DNA of 31,297 bases from Desulfobacteria bacterium (GTDB taxonomy: Bacteria; Bacillota; Desulfitobacteriia; Desulfitobacteriales; JAJXUE01): positions 1 through 31,297 of the forward strand of contig DATAMA010000051.1 of NCBI GenBank assembly GCA_036260765.1, in the 5' to 3' direction. Shown one piece after another: positions 18,524-25,478 of the stretch. Every line of letters starts with the position of its first letter. The first letter of the stretch is position 1. Made by a program: the position numbers and the translations under genes. Under the pieces are notes generated by a model that saw only the letters and a list, made by a program, of their open reading frames with translations, did not search any database and was not told the DNA's origin.

Positions 18524-19086
18524 TAGCGACTTCCCCCTGTTTCAGCTGGCTGGTAATACCAAATCGTCGTATCTCCATACACAACTCTTTTGTGCAAATT
18601 TATTATACCTATTTCGACGGGAATTTCTTCTTCCCTGCTTGTTTCGGCAATTATTACCGCATCTGGGGTCAAATAATTTTTGTCAGCCAAAATTTCCAGG
18701 CTGGCAAGAGCTAACCCGCGTCTGTATGGCGGATCTACAAAAATTATATCGAATCTTTCTCCGACCAAATCGCGTAATGCGCTAAAGGCATTACGTTTAA
18801 GCAATCTGGTTTTATCGTTAAAGGCAGTCAATACAATGTTCTCAGCAATTACCCGGCATGCTTGCGGGCTGTTTTCAACCAAAACAGCCGAATCAGCTCC
18901 ACGGCTTAAAGCCTCAAGAGCGAGTGCACCTGACCCGGCAAATAGGTCAAGTATTTTGCTGCCTAATATCTTTGCCCCTAACACGTTAAAAATAGCACCT
19001 TTTATTTTATCCGCAGTTGGACGGGTATTTAAACCAGGTAAGGTCTTTAATTTGCGTCCACGGGCGCTTCCTGTGATAATTCGCAC
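18523..19086 (-). CDS. rsmD: 16S rRNA m2G966 methyltransferase
   Basis: MRIITGSARG, TRPT, LDLFAGSGAL..EALSRGA, DPPY. Confidence 0.95.
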   Translation of the reverse strand: MRIITGSARGRKLKTLPGLNTRPTADKIKGAIFNVLGAKILGSKILDLFAGSGALALEALSRGADSAVLVENSPQACRVIAENIVLTAFNDKTRLLKRNAFSALRDLVGERFDIIFVDPPYRRGLALASLEILADKNYLTPDAVIIAETSREEEIPVEIGIINLHKRVVYGDTTIWYYQPAETGGSR

Positions 19087-19157
19087 TTGTTTACCTTTCT
19101 AATATAGCCTCTTTATCTATTGATAATCTTAGATAAATATTGCCAAACATGGTTCAA

Positions 19158-19186
19158 ATTATATCACTTATTCCGTCTGGTTACGA
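19158..19186 (-). promoter_or_regulatory. Extended -10 sigmaA promoter for rsmD
   Basis: TG-A-TATAAT (19166-19158) on - strand; only a weak -35. Confidence 0.55.
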
Positions 19187-19285
19187 ATATTGGCGCTTTG
19201 AGCAGCAGATAATATTGATGAAACTTCTCTTAACAGGGAATGTTTTAATGAAGAACAGGTAACAGCATTCTAAAACTTCCCCCAT
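19181..19285 (-). CDS. Putative 34-aa peptide MGEVLECCYLFFIKTFPVKRSFINIICCSKRQYS
   Basis: GGAGGA 7 nt before ATG 19285; TAA at 19181; no recognisable homology. Confidence 0.3.
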   Translation of the reverse strand: MGEVLECCYLFFIKTFPVKRSFINIICCSKRQYS

Positions 19286-19347
19286 TAGCTCTTCCTCCGG
19301 TTTCTCCTCTCCTAATTTTGCCGGTTCGGCCAATACCGGTAATTCTC

Positions 19348-19379
19348 AACGCAAGTCCATTTATACTTGCGTTCTTTTT
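19348..19379 (+). terminator. + strand intrinsic terminator upstream of the gpr promoter
   Basis: 9-bp stem AACGCAAGT/ACTTGCGTT followed by CTTTTT. Confidence 0.6.
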
Positions 19380-19402
19380 ATTATTTGGTCACTTCTTAAT
19401 AC

Positions 19403-19431
19403 GCATAAATTCAATTCAATTGGACAATGTA
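19403..19431 (+). promoter_or_regulatory. Forespore sigmaF/sigmaG-like promoter of gpr
   Basis: GCATA...GGACAATGTA (GCATA-17 nt-CAATGTA); imperfect match; gpr is forespore-expressed in Bacillus. Confidence 0.45.
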
Positions 19432-19468
19432 ATGTATTGACAGAATCCTTAGGAAGGGAGGCCCTCCG

Positions 19469-20455
19469 ATGGGAAAAGCTGATCTTTACCGGGACCTGAA
19501 TATTTACCTTGACATGGTTGTCGAAGCACATGAAATATTGCGTGGAACCAGTGGCACGGAAATTCCCGGGGTTCGTATGCGCGAAACCACTTCACCGCAT
19601 GCGGTCGTAACGACAATTGAAATTCTTGATGAGCAGGGCGAACAGTATATGGGCAAACCAAGGGGTAACTACGTAACTATTGATGCCCCCTCTGTGCGCG
19701 AAAATAACCGTGACGTACACAAAGAAATTGGCTTACTGCTGGGGGAAACCCTGCAGCAGATTTTAAGCCTGGGCCCGGATGACAGCGTATTGCTTGTTGG
19801 CTTGGGTAACTGGAATGCCACTCCTGACGCACTTGGTCCCCGCGTAGTTGATTCCACCCTAGTTACCCGTCATTTACACAATTATTGCCCTGATGAACTA
19901 AGAGGAGGCCTGCGATCGGTGAGCGCTATTGCCCCGGGTGTCTTGGGCCTGACCGGTATTGAAACAGCCGAGATCATTAACGGAGTAGCAAGCAAAATCA
20001 AACCGGATGTTGTCATCGCGATTGATGCCCTGGCTGCAAGCTCTCTGGACCGGATCGCGACAAGCATCCAAATTTCTGACACTGGGATCAATCCAGGCTC
20101 AGGCGTCGGGAATCAGCGTGCGGGCATCAACGAAGAATCTATTGGTTGCCGGGTCATTGCTATTGGCATACCAACGGTAGTCAATGCTGCTGTAATCGCC
20201 CACAATGTCGTTGAAGCTCTATTTGACGAACTAAAAACGAGTCCTACGCTTTACCGTTTATATAAAAACATTAATACGGCAACTATTGAAGATGTAATTT
20301 CTTCAGTATTATCGCCATATAAAGAAAATTTAATGGTTACCCCAAAAGACATTGACGACCTCATTGACCGAATGTCCAGAATAGTGGCCGGTGGAATCGC
20401 GCAAGCGCTTCACCCGGCAGTTGGCCCTGACGAATTTGATGAATATCTAGCCTAA
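19469..20455 (+). CDS. gpr: Germination protease GPR
   Basis: GKPRGNYVTI, GLGNWNATPDALGP, PGVLGLTGIET, IDALAA, TGINPGSGVGN, MVTPKDID. Confidence 0.95.
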   Translation: MGKADLYRDLNIYLDMVVEAHEILRGTSGTEIPGVRMRETTSPHAVVTTIEILDEQGEQYMGKPRGNYVTIDAPSVRENNRDVHKEIGLLLGETLQQILSLGPDDSVLLVGLGNWNATPDALGPRVVDSTLVTRHLHNYCPDELRGGLRSVSAIAPGVLGLTGIETAEIINGVASKIKPDVVIAIDALAASSLDRIATSIQISDTGINPGSGVGNQRAGINEESIGCRVIAIGIPTVVNAAVIAHNVVEALFDELKTSPTLYRLYKNINTATIEDVISSVLSPYKENLMVTPKDIDDLIDRMSRIVAGGIAQALHPAVGPDEFDEYLA

Positions 20456-20470
20456 TATGATACGCTTAAA

Positions 20471-20505
20471 ATCGGGCTGGCCTAATGATTTTAGGCCAGC
20501 CCGAT
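20471..20505. terminator. Bidirectional hairpin between gpr and the SASP-like gene
   Basis: Perfect 15-bp stem ATCGGGCTGGCCTAA/TTAGGCCAGCCCGAT, 5-nt loop. Confidence 0.75.
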
Positions 20506-20510
20506 CGAGT

Positions 20511-20651
20511 CTATTCTCCTGTTTTTTTCAGGTCATTGGTAGTGCTTTGCGGGCCCTTTTTTAAATCAAGTGCAATTTCTTCCGCTACCTCATACTTAAA
20601 TTGTTCTAATTCCGGTGTCAGGGAGAATTCGGGTTTTCTCCGGTTTGGCAT
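20511..20651 (-). CDS. Short alpha/beta-type SASP-like protein (46 aa, helix 1 only)
   Basis: MPNRRKPEFSLTPELEQFKYEVAEEIALDLKKGPQSTTNDLKKTGE; LEQFKYEVAEE matches the SASP first helix and GPR site; RBS AGGAGGT; ATG 20651. Confidence 0.75.
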   Translation of the reverse strand: MPNRRKPEFSLTPELEQFKYEVAEEIALDLKKGPQSTTNDLKKTGE

Positions 20652-20762
20652 CAAATTACCTCCTTTAGCATTAAAGAAGTTTAATTCTAACCGTAGTTTC
20701 ACCGAAAAGGAGATTTATTTACTAGGTTGTTAATGGGGTTACAGTAAAAGATTTAAATGAAT

Positions 20763-20791
20763 TTGTCATTCGTTAAACATTTTCTTATAAT
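20763..20791 (+). promoter_or_regulatory. sigmaA promoter of the zinc-ribbon repeat gene
   Basis: TTGTCA-17 nt-TATAAT. Confidence 0.75.
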
Positions 20792-20886
20792 AAAAGTCGC
20801 CAGTTATAGATAACAGGAGATTGGCAACGTCATAATTTTAAATGTTAGACTTATTAATTTCAAGCAGAAGGCAAAAGGTGAATTAC

Positions 20887-21339
20887 ATGAAAAAACATAC
20901 CACAGATGCAGCTAAAATGATGCGGGCTTTGCGTGCCGAACGCCGCGCCGCCGGCCTATGTCCTTATTGTGGCGAAAAAAACGACCGTCCCGGAAAATAC
21001 TACTGTACCAACTGTGCTCAACGTCACAATGAAAAGAAGGCTGAATGGATCGAAAATCGATTGGTTTCACATATTTGCCCTAAATGTGGCGGGGAATTGG
21101 ATCGGGAAGGGTTCACCTGCAGCAAATGTAAACAGAAAAATTCACTTGCCGTGGCCGAGATTAAAAATCGCTATATGCAGCAGGGCCTTTGCCAACGTTG
21201 CGGTAAAGCGCGTCCGAAACCTGGAGTCAAGTATTGTGAACAGTGTGCAGCGCGTGACAAGGAAACCCGTCGGCTGAGAAGGCTAAAGGAGAACCAAGTT
21301 AAGCAGGGAGACACATCACGGTCAACTGTTCGTTTCTAG
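20887..21339 (+). CDS. Hypothetical basic protein with three tandem C4 zinc-ribbon repeats (150 aa)
   Basis: 12 Cys as three CxxC-x(10-11)-CxxC units separated by exactly 20 residues; start ATG 20887 (AAGGTG upstream) preferred over 20842. Confidence 0.8.
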   Translation: MKKHTTDAAKMMRALRAERRAAGLCPYCGEKNDRPGKYYCTNCAQRHNEKKAEWIENRLVSHICPKCGGELDREGFTCSKCKQKNSLAVAEIKNRYMQQGLCQRCGKARPKPGVKYCEQCAARDKETRRLRRLKENQVKQGDTSRSTVRF

Positions 21340-23747
21340 CCTCTGACAAAACGTTCTGCCCCAAACTTTTTGTCCGCTTCGGCTAAAATTTGCTCATTTC
21401 CCGGCATCTCAATTAATTTTGCCGCCAAAGCGCCTGCTTCGTCCAAAAGCGGACCGTCATGAATAATATCGGCAATTTTTAATTCTGGGAGTCCATGTTG
21501 CCTCGTACCAAAAAATTCTCCCGGGCCACGTAGTTTTAAATCTTCTTCGGCAATCTTAAACCCGTCATTAGTGGCGCACATAATCCCCAGACGCCGTCTA
21601 ATCTCGTCATTATCAGCGTTACCCACCAATATACAATAGGATTGGTAAGATCCGCGTCCTACCCTGCCGCGCAGTTGGTGGAGTTGTGCCAGTCCAAACC
21701 GTTCGGCGCTCTCGATCACCATCACGCTGGCATTGGGTACATTAACCCCGACCTCAATAACGGTTGTGGATACGATGATCTTAATTTGATTCTCACGGAA
21801 GCCATTAATTACGGCTTCCTTTTCTTGTTTTCTCATCCTCCCGTGCAGCAAGCCAACCTGTTCATGGGGAAATCGGCCGGCAATGACCTGGGCCAGTTCT
21901 GTTGCAGCCCGCAGATCAAGAACCTCAGATTCTTTAACCAGGGGACAGACGACATAGATTTGGCGTCCTTTGGCAATTTCCTGTTCCATAAAACGGTAGA
22001 GCTTTTGCCGGTTCTTTTCGCTGATGTGGCAGGTTTTTATTTCCTTGCGCCCAGGTGGAAGTTCGTCGATTACCGAAAGGCTTAAATCGCCATATACAGT
22101 CAAGGCAAGGGTTCGTGGGATTGGAGTAGCGGTCATAATTAAAACGTGCGGGTTCTCACCTTTGGCCTGGAGATTCGCCCGCTGACGCACCCCAAACCGG
22201 TGTTGTTCATCCGTAACCGCGAGGCCCAATGCCTTAAACGCCACCGTTTCTTGCACAAGAGCATGAGTTCCAACTAAGACCTGGCATTCTCCTAGTGCTG
22301 TCCGACGCAGCACCTCTTCACGTTCCCGCTTACTTCTACTTCCAGTCAGTAGTTCTACATTCAGTCCGAGCGGCTGAAAGGCCTGCCTTAAAGCTAAATA
22401 GTGCTGTTCAGCCAGGATCTCGGTTGGTGCCATCATTGCCCCTTGGTAACCAGATTCGATCGCCAGCAGCAAGGCCATCGCCGCAACTACCGTTTTGCCT
22501 GAGCCAACATCTCCCTGTACCAAGCGGGCCATCGGATGAGGCCGCGCCATGTCCCGGAAGACTTCCCGAATAACCCTTACCTGGGCACCGGTAAGGGTGA
22601 ACGGCAGGTTTTTCCTCAGTCTGGAAACCAGGGAACCAGGCGAACCCATCGGTATCCCGTGAACCTCGTCTTTCTTGCCTTTTATCCTCTGTATGCCTAG
22701 TTGGAGCAAGACAAATTCTTCAAATACCAGTCGTCTTCTGGCCGCCTCTTTTTGCGCAAAATCGGTCGGAAAGTGGATTTGCCGGTAGGCATCAGCCCGC
22801 CGGGGAAAGTGGTAACGGTTTAGGACATCTTCGGGCAGAAATTCCGGCATCAACCGCTCCACGTGTTCCAAGGCATAACCGACGAGGAGCTTGATCTGTT
22901 TTGAAGTGAGATTTTCCGTTGCACCGTACACCGGTACAATGCCCGGTTGGTAGTCTCCCGCCCCGGCAAGCTCATAATCGCTGACCATTAACTCGGTAGA
23001 ACCAAACCGCCGCTCGACCTTGCCGGTAACGACAACCTCAATGCCCCGCGGCAGTTGTTTTAGAACGTAGGGGTTATTGAACCAGACCGCTGTCAACGTC
23101 CCTGAACCGTCAGACAAGTCCAGCTTAATGATTTTGAGACCTCTCCGCGGCTTGAGTTCTTGCTGACTAATCACTCTGGCTTTAACTGTTTCCACTTCTC
23201 CACTGCAGACTTGGTTTATTTTCTTGACATTACGCCGGTCTTCGTACCGTTTTGGAAAGTGGTTTAACAGATCTTCTACGGTAAAGATACCTAGGCGTTG
23301 CAGTGTTTTTGCCCGTTTAGGGCCAATTGTCTTGAGAAACTGAATTGGCAGATTGTTACCGCGGGCACTTGGAACCTCCTGTTTGGTTTTCTTTCGCTCC
23401 GCTGGCCGATCTGCTGGACCATCAGCCTGGTCAGACGCGCGCGGAGCCTTGGCATCTGCCGGATTTAGTCCTGCTTGCAATTTGTTGACTAAGTTGGCAA
23501 TTTCCTCGAGTGCCGGTTGCCGCTGCCGGTTCAGATATTCCGGATAAGCTTGAGCCAATTCTCTAAGCCGCGTAAATGTTTGCCGGTATTCCGGCTGATC
23601 AACGCTGAAGCGGCGCGACAGAGTATCCACTGTGGACAACAAGTATTTAGCAAATCCACCTAGTACGCCCGAGTCTGTCCACTTATTACGCCGTTCCGCC
23701 CGAATAGCCTTCTGTAACATTTCCAACAAACTCAGAGAGTTAGCCAT
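21336..23747 (-). CDS. recG: ATP-dependent DNA helicase RecG with N-terminal extension
   Basis: Wedge domain (FPKRYEDR), QGDVGSGKT, DEQH, MTATPIPRT, HQLRGRVGR, RGPGEFFGTRQHG. Confidence 0.97.
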   Translation of the reverse strand: MANSLSLLEMLQKAIRAERRNKWTDSGVLGGFAKYLLSTVDTLSRRFSVDQPEYRQTFTRLRELAQAYPEYLNRQRQPALEEIANLVNKLQAGLNPADAKAPRASDQADGPADRPAERKKTKQEVPSARGNNLPIQFLKTIGPKRAKTLQRLGIFTVEDLLNHFPKRYEDRRNVKKINQVCSGEVETVKARVISQQELKPRRGLKIIKLDLSDGSGTLTAVWFNNPYVLKQLPRGIEVVVTGKVERRFGSTELMVSDYELAGAGDYQPGIVPVYGATENLTSKQIKLLVGYALEHVERLMPEFLPEDVLNRYHFPRRADAYRQIHFPTDFAQKEAARRRLVFEEFVLLQLGIQRIKGKKDEVHGIPMGSPGSLVSRLRKNLPFTLTGAQVRVIREVFRDMARPHPMARLVQGDVGSGKTVVAAMALLLAIESGYQGAMMAPTEILAEQHYLALRQAFQPLGLNVELLTGSRSKREREEVLRRTALGECQVLVGTHALVQETVAFKALGLAVTDEQHRFGVRQRANLQAKGENPHVLIMTATPIPRTLALTVYGDLSLSVIDELPPGRKEIKTCHISEKNRQKLYRFMEQEIAKGRQIYVVCPLVKESEVLDLRAATELAQVIAGRFPHEQVGLLHGRMRKQEKEAVINGFRENQIKIIVSTTVIEVGVNVPNASVMVIESAERFGLAQLHQLRGRVGRGSYQSYCILVGNADNDEIRRRLGIMCATNDGFKIAEEDLKLRGPGEFFGTRQHGLPELKIADIIHDGPLLDEAGALAAKLIEMPGNEQILAEADKKFGAERFVRG

Positions 23748-23815
23748 CTAATCACCTCATTTTCAGTCAATTCTCCTTTTAGACTGTGCATTTCTTCGCT
23801 GGAAAGAGTCCTAAA

Positions 23816-24691
23816 CTATTTTAAAAAGGTTTCTTTTAGGTTTAAGGCTGTAGGAGTTATTGCCAAGCCGCCTTGCGCTGTTTCTTTCAAGCCGCAAGGC
23901 ATCACGTTGCCGATCTGGTTCATTGCCCAGATAACTTCATCAAGGGGAATCTTACTTTCAATTTCCGCTAAAGCCATTTCCGCCGCAGCAAGGGCATTGG
24001 CCGCCGCTATTGCATTCCGTTTGACACACGGTACTTCTACCAACCCGGCAACCGGATCACAGACCAAGCCGAGCATCGATTTAAGGGCTATTGCACCGGC
24101 ATCGGCTGCCTGACGCGGACTACCCCCGGCAAGCTCTACTGCGGCAACAGCAGCCATACAGGCAGCCGCGCCGCATTCCGCCTGACAGCCGCCCTGCGCC
24201 CCGGAAATTGAGGCGGCAGTGGCGATCACAATCCCTACTCCGGCCGCAGCGAACAGGGCTTCCACGAGTTGCTCCTCACTTGCCCCGACCTCTTCAGCTG
24301 TCGTTAGCAACACTCCCGGCAATATCCCGCAAGAACCGGCAGTTGGCGCGGCGACAATTTTCCCCATACCCGCGTTGACTTCTGCCACAGCCAACGCTCG
24401 GGAAATAGTCCGGGCAAGCACATCTCCGCCGACTGTTTTACCGGTCCTTCGTCTGTCTTCAAGCCGTTTAGCGTCACCTCCGACCAAACCGCTGGCTGAG
24501 CGCCTTTGACCGGTTAACCCTTCTTCAACTGCATGCCGCATTACCTGAAGGTTCTCTGACATTTTCCCGCGTAGTTCCTGTTCAGTTGTTTCTAATTCCT
24601 GACACTGCAGCCTGATTGTCAACCGACCAAGTGACTCATTAGCCTCCTCTGACTGCGCAACCAATTCCTGTATCGTCAATCCTTTGGTCAT
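23816..24691 (-). CDS. sdaAA: L-serine dehydratase alpha subunit
   Basis: IVAAPTAGSCG, GCQAECG, GLVCDPVAGLVEVPCVKRN, ETAQGGLA. Confidence 0.96.
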   Translation of the reverse strand: MTKGLTIQELVAQSEEANESLGRLTIRLQCQELETTEQELRGKMSENLQVMRHAVEEGLTGQRRSASGLVGGDAKRLEDRRRTGKTVGGDVLARTISRALAVAEVNAGMGKIVAAPTAGSCGILPGVLLTTAEEVGASEEQLVEALFAAAGVGIVIATAASISGAQGGCQAECGAAACMAAVAAVELAGGSPRQAADAGAIALKSMLGLVCDPVAGLVEVPCVKRNAIAAANALAAAEMALAEIESKIPLDEVIWAMNQIGNVMPCGLKETAQGGLAITPTALNLKETFLK

Positions 24692-24716
24692 CCGGAGTAC
24701 CTCCCTACTTATTGGT

Positions 24717-25385
24717 TTAAGCTACGGGCTTGGCGGCAATAGCCTGAATTACCGGGTGCAGACGGTTAATTAAATCCAACACCGCACTTTCCACCTGTTC
24801 ATCCGTTTCGATTACGGCCAAAGCCTGTGCTCCTTTGCGGTCCCGAAACACACGCATCTGGGCGATGTTAACCTGGGTAGCTGCGAGCAGGGAGCAAATC
24901 TGTGCCAGTACCCCAGGTTGGTCCTGATGTACGGTGATCAAGGTATTGTACTCCCCCGTTAGTTCTACCGGAAAATCATCGATTTCATTTACCAATATTT
25001 TACCACCGCCGACAGAAGAACCGGTTACCGTTACTTGGCGTCCTGTTCTCCCCACTAGTTCAAACCGTACACTATTCGGGTGAACGTCGCCTAAATCGGC
25101 AGAAATATATTGAATCTCGATTCCGGCTTCATGAGCTAATTCATTCGCACAGGGAATCCGCTCGTCCGCAGTCGACATTCCCAACAGTCCTGCGGTTAAG
25201 GCCAGGTTTGTGCCATGACCTTTAAAAGTTTCGGCAAACGAACCGTGCAACAACATTTTCACTTTTGCAGGTTCCTCATTCAGGATAATTCGAGCCATTT
25301 GTCCCAGCCGTACCGCACCCGCTGTATGGGAACTGGAAGGCCCGATCATGATTGGGCCGATAATATCAAAGGCTGTATAAGACAT
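24717..25385 (-). CDS. sdaAB: L-serine dehydratase beta subunit (with ACT domain)
   Basis: FDIIGPIMIGPSSSHTAGA, GHGT, HPNS, GSSVGGG, HQDQPGV. Confidence 0.96.
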   Translation of the reverse strand: MSYTAFDIIGPIMIGPSSSHTAGAVRLGQMARIILNEEPAKVKMLLHGSFAETFKGHGTNLALTAGLLGMSTADERIPCANELAHEAGIEIQYISADLGDVHPNSVRFELVGRTGRQVTVTGSSVGGGKILVNEIDDFPVELTGEYNTLITVHQDQPGVLAQICSLLAATQVNIAQMRVFRDRKGAQALAVIETDEQVESAVLDLINRLHPVIQAIAAKPVA

Positions 25386-25423
25386 CGGTTTTCAGCCAAC
25401 TCCTTTCGAGACACCTGGTGTAT

Positions 25424-25450
25424 GATAAAACCGGCCCCGTAGGACCGGTT
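25424..25450 (-). terminator. Possible terminator between fakA and sdaAB
   Basis: AACCGGTCC-TAC-GGGGCCGGTT followed by TTAT; short U-tail. Confidence 0.45.
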
Positions 25451-25478
25451 AACGCTATTCCAGCTATTGTAGGATGTA

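Noticed and set aside
19112-19137. Fur/PerR box around TGATAAT
   Set aside because: Only one half-site fits the 7-1-7 consensus.
20485-20733. 82-aa + strand ORF across the SASP-like gene, and the 20702 start of the SASP ORF
   Set aside because: Antisense with no RBS; the SASP ORF has a clear RBS at ATG 20651.
20792-20886. Riboswitch in the zinc-ribbon gene leader
   Set aside because: Only a weak imperfect stem (GTCGCCA/TGGCAAC); no c-di-GMP, fluoride, TPP or SAM consensus recognised.
20923-20949. ALRAERR in the zinc-ribbon protein resembles AIRAERR in the RecG extension
   Set aside because: Codons differ and the match is 7 residues of common helix-formers; treated as coincidence.
20933-21277. 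114-aa alternative-frame ORF inside the zinc-ribbon gene
   Set aside because: No RBS; the Cys-repeat frame explains the sequence.
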